Shown: positions 17,852 through 27,096, counted from the stretch's first letter. The stretch: 64,000 nt of DNA from Mycobacteriales bacterium (GCA_035547515.1 DASZUS010000056.1:40451-104450), one strand, 5' to 3'. Notes: generated by a model from the sequence alone, not told the origin. Numbers and translations are program-made.

Positions 17852-19258
17852 CTACGTCGCCGCTGACAGGCTTTGCACGAGCCACCGGCGCGCGTCGTGG
17901 CGCAGCGTCAGCCGGAACCGCTGCACGCGGCCGGGGCGGCGAGCAACGACGCGGCCAGCGTGATCGACGACGGCGTACGCCGTGACCTGCGTGGTCACCA
18001 TCAGGTCAGCGGTGTTCGCCGTCTGGTCGTGCACGGCGACTGACACGAGGCGCTCCTTGAACCCGCGGGCGTGAAGGCGCTGGCTGCGCAGGACCCGGAT
18101 GGCCGCGGCGTCGACCTGCCACCCATCAGAGCCTTTGGCATAGATCGCGGCGAGCAACCGCAGCTGCGCCGTGTCGAAAGCCTGGTCGCGCAGTGCGAGC
18201 AGGTGCGCGACGACGCCGCGATAGCCGGGGCCGGGGACGGCGCGGTGGTTGGGCTGGGTGGATGCGGACACGGGTGCCGACGTCGCGGTGGCTATCGGCG
18301 CCGGTAGCGGCGCCGGCACCGCGGCAGCCGGGCGCTGGCCGAGCTTGACCCAGCCGGCGCCGGTCAGCGCGGCGAGGCCGATCGACCCTGCGACAACCAC
18401 CGTCAGGCCGCGCCGCGCCGAGCCGGCGTGCGCGGTGCGCGCCGCCGGCGGCACCGTCGTACGAGGCGGCTCGGTAAAGCGGATCGGATCCGCGCCGGAG
18501 GACCGCAGCACAGCCGCCGCGAACGCCGCCGCGTCGGGCCGCGCCTGCGGGTCGGAGGCCATCGCCGCCTCGACCGCCGACGCCAGCGCCGTTGGCACGT
18601 CCGGCGCCAGCTCGGTGATGGGGCGTACGCGCCCCATCACGTCGGCCGGTCGAGGCGGGACCCCGGTCAGCGCCGCATAACCGATCGCGGCCAGACCGAA
18701 GACATCCGAGGCGGCGGTGGGAGTGCCGCCCTGCAGCGCCGGGTCCCGGTAGACCGGGTCGTCGCTGCGCCGCTCCCCCGTAGCGATCGCCAGGCCGAAG
18801 TCGCTGAGCTTGGGCCGGCCATCGGCGGTGAAGACGACATTGCTCGGCGTGACGTCGCCGTGGACCAGCCCGGTGGCGTGGGCCGCCGCGAGGGCGCGCG
18901 CGAGGGGCCCGAGAATCGTGACGACCTCGGGTGCCCGCAGCTGCGGCCGGTTCGCGAGCAGGGTGGCGAGGCTGCCGGCCGCGGCGTACTCGAACACCAG
19001 CGCGACCTCGCCGCCCGCGAGCGGCTTGATGTCGTAGATCGCGACCGCGTGCTCGCCGGCGGTCTCGTCGAGGACTATCGCCTCGCTCTTGAGCCGCGCG
19101 ATGAGCTCCGGCCCGGCCGGCTCCCACAATCGCTTCAGCGCGACGGGCTGGCCCGTCGGCTCATGAATCGCGCGCCAGACCTCGCCCGTGCCGCCGAAGC
19201 CGAGCAGGCCGACGAGGCGGTAGCCGGGCACGGTGAAGGGCTGGTCCACGCCGGGCAT
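17852..19258 (-). CDS. Hanks-type Ser/Thr protein kinase-like membrane protein with extracytoplasmic NTF2-like C-terminal domain
   Basis: ATG at 19258. It has the Gly-loop [15 protein letters not shown], the catalytic loop HGDVTPSN (atypical), DFGLA, one TM helix ([20 protein letters not shown]), and a C-terminal domain. Confidence 0.8.
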   Translation of the reverse strand: MPGVDQPFTVPGYRLVGLLGFGGTGEVWRAIHEPTGQPVALKRLWEPAGPELIARLKSEAIVLDETAGEHAVAIYDIKPLAGGEVALVFEYAAAGSLATLLANRPQLRAPEVVTILGPLARALAAAHATGLVHGDVTPSNVVFTADGRPKLSDFGLAIATGERRSDDPVYRDPALQGGTPTAASDVFGLAAIGYAALTGVPPRPADVMGRVRPITELAPDVPTALASAVEAAMASDPQARPDAAAFAAAVLRSSGADPIRFTEPPRTTVPPAARTAHAGSARRGLTVVVAGSIGLAALTGAGWVKLGQRPAAAVPAPLPAPIATATSAPVSASTQPNHRAVPGPGYRGVVAHLLALRDQAFDTAQLRLLAAIYAKGSDGWQVDAAAIRVLRSQRLHARGFKERLVSVAVHDQTANTADLMVTTQVTAYAVVDHAGRVVARRPGRVQRFRLTLRHDARRWLVQSLSAAT

Positions 19259-19342
19259 CTCAACAGCGATCGGGCTTGTGGCGTCGCTCGCCGTCCACAG
19301 GACGCTGGGTTTGGACTGCGGGCATACCGTGATCGGGTGCAG

Positions 19343-19999
19343 ATGATCCGCGCGGGTGTCGTCGAGTACGACGCGGCGTGGGCGTGGCAGCGGGAGCTGC
19401 ATGCGGCACGGGTCGAAGGCTCGATCGAGGACACCTGCCTGCTGCTCGAGCATCCGAGCGTCTACACCGCCGGCCGGCGTACCGAGGACTGGGAGCGGCC
19501 GACCGACGGCACCCCTGTGATCGACGCCGACCGCGGCGGCAAGATCACCTGGCACGGCCCGGGACAGCTGACCGGCTACCCGATCGTCGCGCTGCCCGAT
19601 CCGTTGGACGTGGTCGGGCACGTGCGGCGGCTGGAGAGCGCGCTGATCTCGGTCTGCTCCTCGCTCGGCCTGCCCGTCATGCGGGTAGAGGGGCGCAGCG
19701 GCGTGTGGCTGCCCGCCTCGCCGTCGACCGGACGGCCGGAGCGGAAGGTGGCGGCGATCGGCGTACGGGTGGCGCGGGGTGTGACCATGCACGGCTTCGC
19801 GCTCAACTGCAACTGTGACCTGTCGGCGTACGACCGGATCGTGCCGTGCGGGATCCGCGACGCGGGAGTGACGTCGCTGTCGGCAGAGCTCGGCCGGGAC
19901 GTGACGGTGGCGTACGTGGTGCCGTTCGTCGAAGCCGCCCTCGAGAGCGAATGGGCCATGACTGTTGCTATAGGCACAGCGATGGGCCATTCGCTATGA
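19343..19999 (+). CDS. lipB: lipoyl(octanoyl) transferase LipB
   Basis: ATG at 19343 (an alternative GTG lies at 19337). [27 protein letters not shown] and [19 protein letters not shown] are present. The stop overlaps the lipA ATG (ATGA). Confidence 0.88.
   Translation: MIRAGVVEYDAAWAWQRELHAARVEGSIEDTCLLLEHPSVYTAGRRTEDWERPTDGTPVIDADRGGKITWHGPGQLTGYPIVALPDPLDVVGHVRRLESALISVCSSLGLPVMRVEGRSGVWLPASPSTGRPERKVAAIGVRVARGVTMHGFALNCNCDLSAYDRIVPCGIRDAGVTSLSAELGRDVTVAYVVPFVEAALESEWAMTVAIGTAMGHSL
19946..19995. repeat. 50-bp imperfect palindromic element, copy 1
   Basis: Sequence AGCGAATGGGCCATGACTGTTGCTATAGGCACAGCGATGGGCCATTCGCT. It is about 43/50 identical to copy 2 at 22039..22090 by my hand alignment, and it lies inside the last codons of lipB. 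Confidence 0.7.
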
Positions 20000-20928
20000 C
20001 GGTGGCGCCGGAGGGGCGGCGGCTGCTGCGGGTCGAGGCCCGTAACGCGCAGACGCCGATCGAGCGCAAGCCGCCGTGGATCAAGACAAAGGCGCGGATG
20101 GGGCCGGAGTACACCGAGCTGCGGGCGCTGGTGCAGCGAGAAGGCCTGCACACCGTCTGCCAGGAGGCGGGCTGTCCCAACATCTACGAGTGCTGGGAGG
20201 ACCGCGAGGCGACCTTCCTCATCGGCGGTGACGCCTGCACGCGGCGCTGCGACTTCTGCCAGATCGACACCGGCAAGCCTCAGCCGCTCGACCGCGACGA
20301 ACCGCGCCGCGTCGCCGAGTCGGTTCTGGCGATGGGGTTGCGCTACGCGACGGTGACCGGCGTCGCTCGCGACGACCTCGAGGACGAGGGCGCGTGGCTG
20401 TACGCCGAGACGATCCGCGAGATCCACCGGGTCTCCCCCGGCACCGGGGTGGAGATCCTGGTCCCGGACTTCTCCGGCAAGCCCGAGCTGCTGCAGCAGG
20501 TCTTCGACGCCGCGCCCGAGGTGTTCGCGCACAACGTCGAGACGGTCCCGCGGATCTTCAAGCAGATCCGGCCGGCGTTCCGGTACGACCGCTCGCTGGC
20601 GGTCATCACCGCGGCGCGCGACGCCGGGCTGGTCACCAAGTCCAACCTGATCCTGGGGCTCGGCGAGACCCGCGAGGAGGTCGAGGCCGCGCTCGCCGAC
20701 CTGCACGAGGCGGGATGCGACCTGGTCACGATCACGCAGTACCTGCGGCCCTCCCCGCGCCACCATGCCGTCGCGCGATGGGTGCCGCCCGAGGAGTTCG
20801 TGGAGCTGCGCGAGACGGCGGAGGCGATGGGGTTCGCCGGCGTGATGAGCGGGCCGCTGGTGCGTTCGTCGTACCGGGCGGGACGCCTCTACGCGCAGGC
20901 CATCGCCGCGCGAACCGGCACCCTATAG
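19996..20928 (+). CDS. lipA: lipoyl synthase LipA (radical SAM)
   Basis: ATG at 19996 gives [30 protein letters not shown]. Cys clusters [12 protein letters not shown] and CTRRCDFC are present. Confidence 0.92.
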   Translation: MTVAPEGRRLLRVEARNAQTPIERKPPWIKTKARMGPEYTELRALVQREGLHTVCQEAGCPNIYECWEDREATFLIGGDACTRRCDFCQIDTGKPQPLDRDEPRRVAESVLAMGLRYATVTGVARDDLEDEGAWLYAETIREIHRVSPGTGVEILVPDFSGKPELLQQVFDAAPEVFAHNVETVPRIFKQIRPAFRYDRSLAVITAARDAGLVTKSNLILGLGETREEVEAALADLHEAGCDLVTITQYLRPSPRHHAVARWVPPEEFVELRETAEAMGFAGVMSGPLVRSSYRAGRLYAQAIAARTGTL

Positions 20929-20930
20929 AT

Positions 20931-20967
20931 AACTAACTTGACTTGGTTAGTTCAGAAGCAATAACGT
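20931..20967 (+). promoter_or_regulatory. AT-rich putative promoter (TTGACT-18nt-TAACGT) overlapped by 7-bp inverted repeat AACTAAC/GTTAGTT
   Basis: Read directly. The inverted-repeat arms are 20931..20937 and 20946..20952, the -35-like hexamer is 20938..20943, and the TANNNT -10-like hexamer is 20962..20967. The patch has locally low GC within a roughly 72% GC genome. Confidence 0.3.
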
Positions 20968-21016
20968 TCACTCGCAGGCAACACATGCGACACATCCAGC
21001 GAGGAGCATGGTGGTC

Positions 21017-21208
21017 ATGCGAGAGATGATTCGTAGCGTCATCGTGGCGCTGTGGCCCGACGGTGGTCAGGGCACCGCTCGCCGCAACGCCTGGTCGGCA
21101 ATGGTCAACGACAACCAGCGGGCTCGGGAACGTGAGGCTGCCGAAGCCAGCGTCCGCGCGGCCGCGGCTGTCGCGGCCAGCAGGACGAGCGTCGCGGTCA
21201 GCGGCTGA
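21017..21208 (+). CDS. hypothetical small protein (about 63 aa)
   Basis: GAGGAG lies 10 nt upstream of the ATG at 21017. The product starts MREMIRSVIVALWPDGGQGTARRNAWSAMVNDNQRAREREAAE... The codon bias is only moderately genome-like. Confidence 0.3.
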   Translation: MREMIRSVIVALWPDGGQGTARRNAWSAMVNDNQRAREREAAEASVRAAAAVAASRTSVAVSG

Positions 21209-21287
21209 TCGGACCGGGTCGGGGCCAGCGCCCACAGCGGCGCTGAGGGCTGCCGGTACGGCGATGGCGGTTTCCTAGACTCTCGCC

Positions 21288-22040
21288 ATGGCCCGCCAAC
21301 CGAAGAAGCCCGCCCAGCAGCGCGCCGGGCGCCGCACCACCACGCCCGCTGCGCCCGCCGCGCCCGCGGGAGGTGCTCCGGAGGGCCGCATCGCGCAGAT
21401 GCGCGCGGCGTGGACGATGACCCGCGAGGCCGACCCGAAGCTGCCGCTGAAGGTCCTCGGACCTGCGCTCGGCGTACTCGTCGTACTCGTGGTCGTGGGC
21501 GTCGTGCTCGGCGGCTCGTGGGTGATCCTGCTGCCGATCCTCGGCGTGGTCCTCGGCTTGCTGACCGGTACGTCGATCTTCGGGCGGCGCGTCACCAGCA
21601 CCGTCCACTCGACGCTGGAGGGCCAGGCCGGCGGCGCCGCGGGCGCGATCCAGATGATGCGCGGTGACTGGCGGCTGACGCCCGCGGTGGGGTTCACCCG
21701 CAACCAGGAGCTCGTCCACCGGGTGGTCGGCCGCGCGGGCATCGTCCTGGTGGGCGAGGGTCCCTCGACGGCGGCGATCCGCCAGCTGATCACCGACCAG
21801 AAGCGCCGCATCGGCCGCGTCGCGCCGGACACGCCGATCCACGACGTGATCGTCGGCGAGGGCGAGGGTCGCGTCTCGATCCGCAAGCTGCAGTCGCACC
21901 TGGTGAAGCTGCCCCGCAAGCTGCGGCAGAAGGACGTCAACGCCGTCGAGGCCCGGATGAAGGCGCTCGGCGGCCCGAACGTGCCGATCCCGAAGGGGCC
22001 GATGCCGACCAGGGTCCCCCGCCGCCAGATGCGCGGCTGA
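21288..22040 (+). CDS. DUF4191 domain-containing membrane protein (Rv2219-like)
   Basis: 250 aa. A basic N-terminus (GRIAQMRAAWTMTREADPKLP) is followed by two TM helices. It sits in the conserved position between lipA and glnA. Confidence 0.75.
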   Translation: MARQPKKPAQQRAGRRTTTPAAPAAPAGGAPEGRIAQMRAAWTMTREADPKLPLKVLGPALGVLVVLVVVGVVLGGSWVILLPILGVVLGLLTGTSIFGRRVTSTVHSTLEGQAGGAAGAIQMMRGDWRLTPAVGFTRNQELVHRVVGRAGIVLVGEGPSTAAIRQLITDQKRRIGRVAPDTPIHDVIVGEGEGRVSIRKLQSHLVKLPRKLRQKDVNAVEARMKALGGPNVPIPKGPMPTRVPRRQMRG

Positions 22041-22090
22041 GCGGATGGGCCATTGCTGTGGCTATAGCGACAGCAATGGCCCATTCGCTC
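22039..22090. repeat. 52-bp near-perfect palindromic element, copy 2; likely bidirectional terminator
   Basis: Sequence GAGCGGATGGGCCATTGCTGTGGCTATAGCGACAGCAATGGCCCATTCGCTC. The arms differ at 2 of 26 positions. It sits exactly between the convergent stops of the DUF4191 and DUF1801 genes. Confidence 0.7.
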
Positions 22091-22097
22091 TGCTGAG

Positions 22098-22499
22098 CTA
22101 CTCCCAGCCTGGGGTGCGGCCGGCTTCTTCTATCCATCCGCGAAGGTCGTCGCGGTCGAGCTCATCCACGCTGGTGACCTTCAGGTAGCGGGTGCGGTCG
22201 GTCTCGCCCAGCGGTGGCGGGGACGCGAAGTCGGCGCCGCCGTAGAACAGGATGTTCACGGACTTGAAGTACGGCGCGAGCTCGATGATCCAGCCGAGGT
22301 CAGGCAGCCCGTAGTGGGCGCGGTGGCGCTTGAGGGCGTAGTGAACGCCAGGGATCGCCGACCGGATGGCCTCGTCGAGGCCGCGGACGATCGGCTGCAT
22401 CGCCGGCATGATCTGGTCGAACCACTCGTCGATGGCGGTGTGGTCCGGCGACGGCTCAGGCGGCCGCTTCCCAGCGAGCCCTTTGACGATCTTCGGCAT
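22098..22499 (-). CDS. DUF1801 (YdhG-like) domain-containing protein
   Basis: 133 aa. The overall pattern (IDEWFDQI...[24 protein letters not shown]...) resembles the DUF1801 family as I recall it. Confidence 0.55.
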   Translation of the reverse strand: MPKIVKGLAGKRPPEPSPDHTAIDEWFDQIMPAMQPIVRGLDEAIRSAIPGVHYALKRHRAHYGLPDLGWIIELAPYFKSVNILFYGGADFASPPPLGETDRTRYLKVTSVDELDRDDLRGWIEEAGRTPGWE

Positions 22500-22510
22500 G
22501 CCGACCAGTT

Positions 22511-22954
22511 CTAGCGGGTCCGGAGCATGACCGTGCCAGCGGCGCGGTCGGACATCGCGCGCCCCTCGGTGTCGATCACCAGCGCGGGCGCCACGACGGC
22601 GATCAGCAGGGTGCGCAGCAGGATCCAGCCGATGAACGGCCGGGTCTTGTCGGACTCCTTCAGGACGGCGACGCCGGCCACCCGCATCCCCGGGGTCTGG
22701 CTGGCGAGGGTCACGAAGACGATCTCGATCAGCAGGAACGCGAGGTACGCCGACAGGTTCTGCCGGTCACTGGTGTGGTAGCCGCCGTTCACCACGATGG
22801 CGAGCACGTCCGCGAGCACGGCGTCGACGAGGAAGGCCAGCAGCCGAGCGCCGAAGGTAGCCACACTCCCCGGTCCACTGTCCGGATACTGCGGCTGCGG
22901 GGCGCGCTGCGGCGCAGGCTCCGGCTTGGCGGCGTACTCGGAGTCCTTGCTCAC
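22511..22954 (-). CDS. RDD family membrane protein
   Basis: GTG at 22954 gives [13 protein letters not shown]...[24 protein letters not shown]...MRVAGVAV...[10 protein letters not shown]. It occupies the conserved position upstream of glnA. The long upstream extension of the ORF is antisense to glnA and was rejected. Confidence 0.75.
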   Translation of the reverse strand: MSKDSEYAAKPEPAPQRAPQPQYPDSGPGSVATFGARLLAFLVDAVLADVLAIVVNGGYHTSDRQNLSAYLAFLLIEIVFVTLASQTPGMRVAGVAVLKESDKTRPFIGWILLRTLLIAVVAPALVIDTEGRAMSDRAAGTVMLRTR

Positions 22955-23074
22955 CCGGCAACGGTAGCCAGCGCCGGGATGCGCGAGAGCGCGGCGTACC
23001 GATACGTTCTGCAGGGTTGGTCCCAAACAGCTCAGACGATGCAGCGCGACGCCGCGCGGGGAGGCAGCAGCCGA

Positions 23075-24499
23075 ATGTTCAGCAGCGCCGACGAGGTCCT
23101 CGGCTACATCAAGAAGAACGACGTGCAGTTCGTCGACGTACGGTTCTGCGACCTGCCCGGGATCATGCAGCACTTCACCTTCCCGGCGTCGAACTTCGGC
23201 GAGTCGGTATTCACCGACGGGCTGATGTTCGACGGCTCGTCGATCCGCGGCTTCCAGCAGATCCACGAGTCGGACATGCTGCTGCTGCCCGACCCGTCGA
23301 CGGCGTACATGGACCCGTTCCGCCAGCACCCGACGCTGATCATGAACTTCTTCATCCACGACCCGCTCACCGGCGAGGCCTACAGCCGCGACCCGCGCAA
23401 CATCGCGAAGAAGGCCGAGGACTACCTCCGCGGCTCCGGGATCGCCGACACCAGCTACTTCGGGCCCGAGGCGGAGTTCTACATCTTCGACGACATCCGC
23501 TACGACCAGACGCCGCACTCCGCCTACCACTACATCGACTCGGTCGAGGCGGCGTGGAACAGCGGCAAGGAGGAGCCGGGCGGCAACAAGGGCTACAAGC
23601 CGCGATACAAGGGCGGCTACTTCCCGGTGCCGCCGACCGACCACTTCACCGACCTGCGCTCGGAGATGGTGCGGGTGCTCATCGAGATCGGCATCGACGT
23701 CGAGATGCAGCACCACGAGGTGGGTACGGCGGGGCAGGCTGAGATCGACTTCCGGTTCGGCACGCTGCTGAAGACCGCCGACAACCTGATGAACTTCAAG
23801 TACGTGATCCGCAACGTCGCGCGCCAGCACGGCCGGACGGTGACGTTCATGTCGAAGCCGATCTTCCAGGACAACGGCTCGGGCATGCACTGCCACCAGT
23901 CGCTGTGGAAGGACGGCGCGCCGCTGTTCTATGACGAGGTCGGGTACGCCGGGCTGTCGGACATGGCGCGGCACTACATCGGCGGGCTGCTCAAGCACGC
24001 ACCTTCGCTTTTGGCCTTCACGAACCCGACGACGAACTCGTACCGCCGGCTGGTGCCGGGGTATGAGGCGCCGGTCAACCTGGTGTACTCGCAGCGCAAC
24101 CGCTCCGCGTGCTGCCGGATCCCAATCACCGGCTCGAACCCGAAGGCGAAGCGGCTGGAGTTCCGGGTGCCGGACCCGTCGTGCAACCCCTACCTCGCGT
24201 TCTCCGCGATGCTGATGGCCGGCCTCGACGGTGTGGTCAACCGCATCGAGCCGCCGCAGCCGGTCGACAAGGACCTCTACGAGCTGCCGCCGGACGAGCT
24301 CGCCGCCGTACCGCAGGTGCCGGGCTCGCTCGAGGCCGTGCTCGACAACCTCGAGACCGACCACGACTACCTGCTGCAGGGTGGTGTCTTCACACCGGAC
24401 GTCATCGAGACCTGGGTCGAGTACAAGCGCGAGCACGAGGTCGACGCGATCCGCTTGCGCCCGCATCCGTACGAGTTCGCGCTCTATTACGACATCTAA
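23075..24499 (+). CDS. glnA: glutamine synthetase type I
   Basis: 474 aa from the ATG at 23075, with a [72 protein letters not shown] and the adenylylation-site context DKDLYELPP are present. Confidence 0.95.
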   Translation: MFSSADEVLGYIKKNDVQFVDVRFCDLPGIMQHFTFPASNFGESVFTDGLMFDGSSIRGFQQIHESDMLLLPDPSTAYMDPFRQHPTLIMNFFIHDPLTGEAYSRDPRNIAKKAEDYLRGSGIADTSYFGPEAEFYIFDDIRYDQTPHSAYHYIDSVEAAWNSGKEEPGGNKGYKPRYKGGYFPVPPTDHFTDLRSEMVRVLIEIGIDVEMQHHEVGTAGQAEIDFRFGTLLKTADNLMNFKYVIRNVARQHGRTVTFMSKPIFQDNGSGMHCHQSLWKDGAPLFYDEVGYAGLSDMARHYIGGLLKHAPSLLAFTNPTTNSYRRLVPGYEAPVNLVYSQRNRSACCRIPITGSNPKAKRLEFRVPDPSCNPYLAFSAMLMAGLDGVVNRIEPPQPVDKDLYELPPDELAAVPQVPGSLEAVLDNLETDHDYLLQGGVFTPDVIETWVEYKREHEVDAIRLRPHPYEFALYYDI

Positions 24500-24534
24500 T
24501 CCGGGCAGGTCGCTGACCTGCTAGTTCAATGAGA

Positions 24535-24605
24535 AAACGGCCGCTGACCTGCGGAAACGCTTCCGAGCGCTACTCATGGTCAGCGGTCGTTTCTCGTCGT
24601 TTTGC
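24535..24605 (+). terminator. putative intrinsic terminator downstream of glnA
   Basis: A 15-bp stem (24535..24549 pairs with 24578..24592, one G-U) has a 28-nt loop and is followed by TTTCTCGTCGTTTT. A tighter 7-bp hairpin GCAGGTC-gct-GACCTGC lies at 24505..24521, just after the stop. Confidence 0.35.
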
Positions 24606-25010
24606 GCCCCTCGTGCGCCTAGTGCGCCCCTTGGTGCGCCGCCGCGCCGATGGTGAGTAGAGCGCAACGCCGGCTCGAACGACGACGCTAGATGCACGGC
24701 TAGAGATCCCGCGCACGTAAGGCCTCTCGGCTGACCTGCCGGTGCAGCAGCCCCCACGGGAGAGAGAGCGGCTATCCCGGTGCGCGCGCCGTGAGCCGGC
24801 TCAGGCCCTCTGTTGCCGTACGTGTGACTCCGTTGACCTGATTGGCAGCATCGGCTCTACCTCAACCCCTGCTTGGCCTCCGCGCCTGCCGCAACAACAT
24901 CGACGGACGAATCGACTTTCCAATGTGTCGCGACGACATCACGATTAAGTGCCTGAGCGGCATTCAGCTCAGCGAGATCACGGCGCAGAACACAGGGGTG
25001 AGGTCGGGCG

Positions 25011-25751
25011 TTGAGCGACATCCCGGATGACATACAACTTCGACTCAGTCATGCCAGTGACCACGCGGAAACCTTGAAGCACCAACTCGCCCGATTTCCT
25101 ACGAACGACTTCACGACGCTGACTGAGGTAGAGGCCGAAGGTCTGCGCCACGTGTACAAGATCTATAAGTTGAAGAAGACGCCCCGATACTGGCCTCTCG
25201 TCCTCGGCGACTTTCTTCACGACATGCGTTCTGCACTGGACAACATGGCGTACGCGTTTGCTGCTCAGACGCACGATCCCCTCCCCGATCAGATCGAGAG
25301 ACGCATCGCTTTCCCAATCACCGACAGCGTCGGCGAGTACAGGAACAAGGCACGTAACCTCGCTGCTGATGCGGGGCAGCCCTTCGCGGATTACGTCGAA
25401 AGCGTGCAGCCGTATGGCGGACTCACAAGCGTCCACGCGGCGCTCTGGCAGCTCCAACGGCTCAACAACGTCGACAAGCACCGCAAGGTGTCGGTTGTAC
25501 ACATCTCGATCCAGAGCCAGCAGATCATCAGGCCTGACTCCATACTGAAAGAGTCGAGCTACACCCTGATGGGTTCGGTCGAAGACGGAGCGGAGATCGC
25601 GCGATTCACGTTCCACCGACCACGCTCCCAGCCGTACTTCGAGCCTAGACCCACCCTCGCGATCGGCGTGCCGCTAGGCGGCGAGTTGACGATCCTTCTG
25701 GACGCGATTTCGACAAAGGTCACGCAGATCGTGCGGGGAGCGCCTTGGTGA
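25011..25751 (+). CDS. hypothetical protein with R-x6-H (HEPN-like) motif
   Basis: 246 aa, TTG start preceded by GGGGTGAGG. RLNNVDKH at aa 150-157 (nt 25458..25481) fits the HEPN Rx4-6H pattern. LHDMRSALDNMAY is also present. GC is lower here (35/60 at 25081..25140). Confidence 0.6.
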   Translation: MSDIPDDIQLRLSHASDHAETLKHQLARFPTNDFTTLTEVEAEGLRHVYKIYKLKKTPRYWPLVLGDFLHDMRSALDNMAYAFAAQTHDPLPDQIERRIAFPITDSVGEYRNKARNLAADAGQPFADYVESVQPYGGLTSVHAALWQLQRLNNVDKHRKVSVVHISIQSQQIIRPDSILKESSYTLMGSVEDGAEIARFTFHRPRSQPYFEPRPTLAIGVPLGGELTILLDAISTKVTQIVRGAPW

Positions 25752-25942
25752 GTGGGTCCTGTCGGTTCAGCCAGCCATCTATCCGGTTCGCCTGAGTCGA
25801 TCAGGCGAGGCTCCGACGTCACCACGCCGTTACTACTGCACCGACGGACACCGGGAACGACCAAGTAGCCAGCAGGGTGCTCAACTCGCCCCCAGCCGCG
25901 CCCCGCTGCCAGCAAATCGCGCTGAGAGCCAGGTCACTGCCG

Positions 25943-25977
25943 AATGTCGCGCTGATCGCGGCTATCAGCGCGACATT
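25943..25977. promoter_or_regulatory. perfect 14-bp-stem hairpin/palindrome AATGTCGCGCTGAT-cgcggct-ATCAGCGCGACATT
   Basis: Counted base by base. It lies in the 390-nt gap between the HEPN-like gene and the nuclease-like gene. It could be a terminator for the former or an operator for the latter. Confidence 0.5.
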
Positions 25978-26143
25978 TGTCCTCACCTCGACAAAGCCGC
26001 CGGCGGGCACGTCTGTCGAGGCATGGGGCGGCGCCGGAGCCCGTGTCAATCAAGCCTGGAGGGCGGCCGACCACGTAGGTTCGCAACTGCGTGATAGGAG
26101 GAGGCGACAGGTTGAACGGTCACCCTGTCGCGCGCCGCTGAGC

Positions 26144-27096
26144 ATGGAACCCCGGCTGCTGCCCGTCAACGCCGTGCTGGCATTGACGACTCCCGGTGAC
26201 ATGAACCCGTGTCCCCTGGCAGACGCGGGATTTCGGATCGCGGCCCTTGAGGTCCCGGTCGGCGTCGAGCCGGAGAAACTCGTCGTCGATGTCGTCCTTT
26301 GGCATCCGGAAGAGGCAGTCCTCGTGGCCGTCGAAGGAAAGTCGGGTGCCAACGTCGATGAGCCTCAGGCTCAGAAGTACGGGCGCTTGGACGCCCAATC
26401 GCTTGTCCACGCATCATCGGTCGACCTGCGAAGTGGCGGACGTCCGTCGACGGCCATCCTTTACGCGGTGCAGGAACACAACGTTGCCCGGATTCGGCAG
26501 GGCCTTGCCGCCGCGGGTGTCAGCGCTCCGATACTCGGCGTGACAACCGACCACGTTCAGCTGCACGAAGCGCAGGTAGCGCACCCCCTTATCGCCAGTG
26601 CGCTGGGCACCGCAGTCGTCGAGCTGCCGTGGAAAGTTCCTCGCATCCTGCCCTGTGATCACGACTCGCCTCTCGACATCGTCCGCCCACAGGTGATGGC
26701 TGTCGTGATCGGCCACCTTCCAGACGTACCGACGAGGTCAGCGCCTCGACCATCGCTGAGGAGACTCTGCGCCATCTACCCAAGTACGGACGAGGCGCGA
26801 AGAACCGTTTCGTTCACACTGTCGGCGATTGTCTCCGCCGAATCGCGGCAGATCAGCCAGATACGTTCGAGTTCAGGCCGGCGACCGCAAACCACGAAGC
26901 CGCGATGCGCTTCCTCAGAACGCCGGAAGACCACGACAACCGTGGTCGAACCCAGGCATATCAGGCGTTGGGCCGCGAAGGTCGTGCCCGGCGCAGGCGG
27001 CCGGTACAGGACCCTGATCAGCTCGATTTGTTGAGCGAGCTCGGGAGCGGCGAAACTGTCTCTGGTAGGGACGACGATCAGGCAGAGGAGGAGTGA
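26144..27096 (+). pseudogene. RecB-like PD-(D/E)xK nuclease-fold protein, apparently interrupted by a frameshift near 26720-26735
   Basis: ATG at 26144. The motifs are VVDVVLW (D49), LVAVEGK (E64-x-K66) and QAQKY (QxxxY, aa 75-79). After about 26725 the listed frame turns Arg/Ser-rich. The -1 frame reads protein-like (TDEVSASTIAEETLRHLPKYGRGAKNRFVHTVGDCLRRIAADQPDTFEFRPATANHEAAMRFLRTPEDHD...) and ends at 27096, overlapping the next start. Confidence 0.5.

Noticed and set aside
17775-17963. 62-aa ORF starting at the sucB stop (ATGA) and overlapping the 3' end of the kinase gene.
   Set aside because: Most of it overlaps the kinase coding region on the other strand and its second half is Arg/Ser-rich. 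It has no independent support.
22955-23074. GlnR-type operator (GTnAC-n6-GAAAC) upstream of glnA.
   Set aside because: Only partial matches are present (GTACCGATACGTTCT and TTGGTCCCAAAC). I cannot align them convincingly to the consensus without a matrix search.
22955-24466. The 651-aa ORF 22511..24466(-), which would extend the RDD protein by about 500 residues.
   Set aside because: The extension is antisense to glnA and has junk composition. The RDD homology begins at the GTG at 22954.
24560-24720. tRNA or tmRNA gene as an integration target at the left island border.
   Set aside because: I could not find a T-loop (GGTTCGAATCC-like) or a cloverleaf-compatible acceptor stem. The segment instead contains short direct repeats and hairpins.
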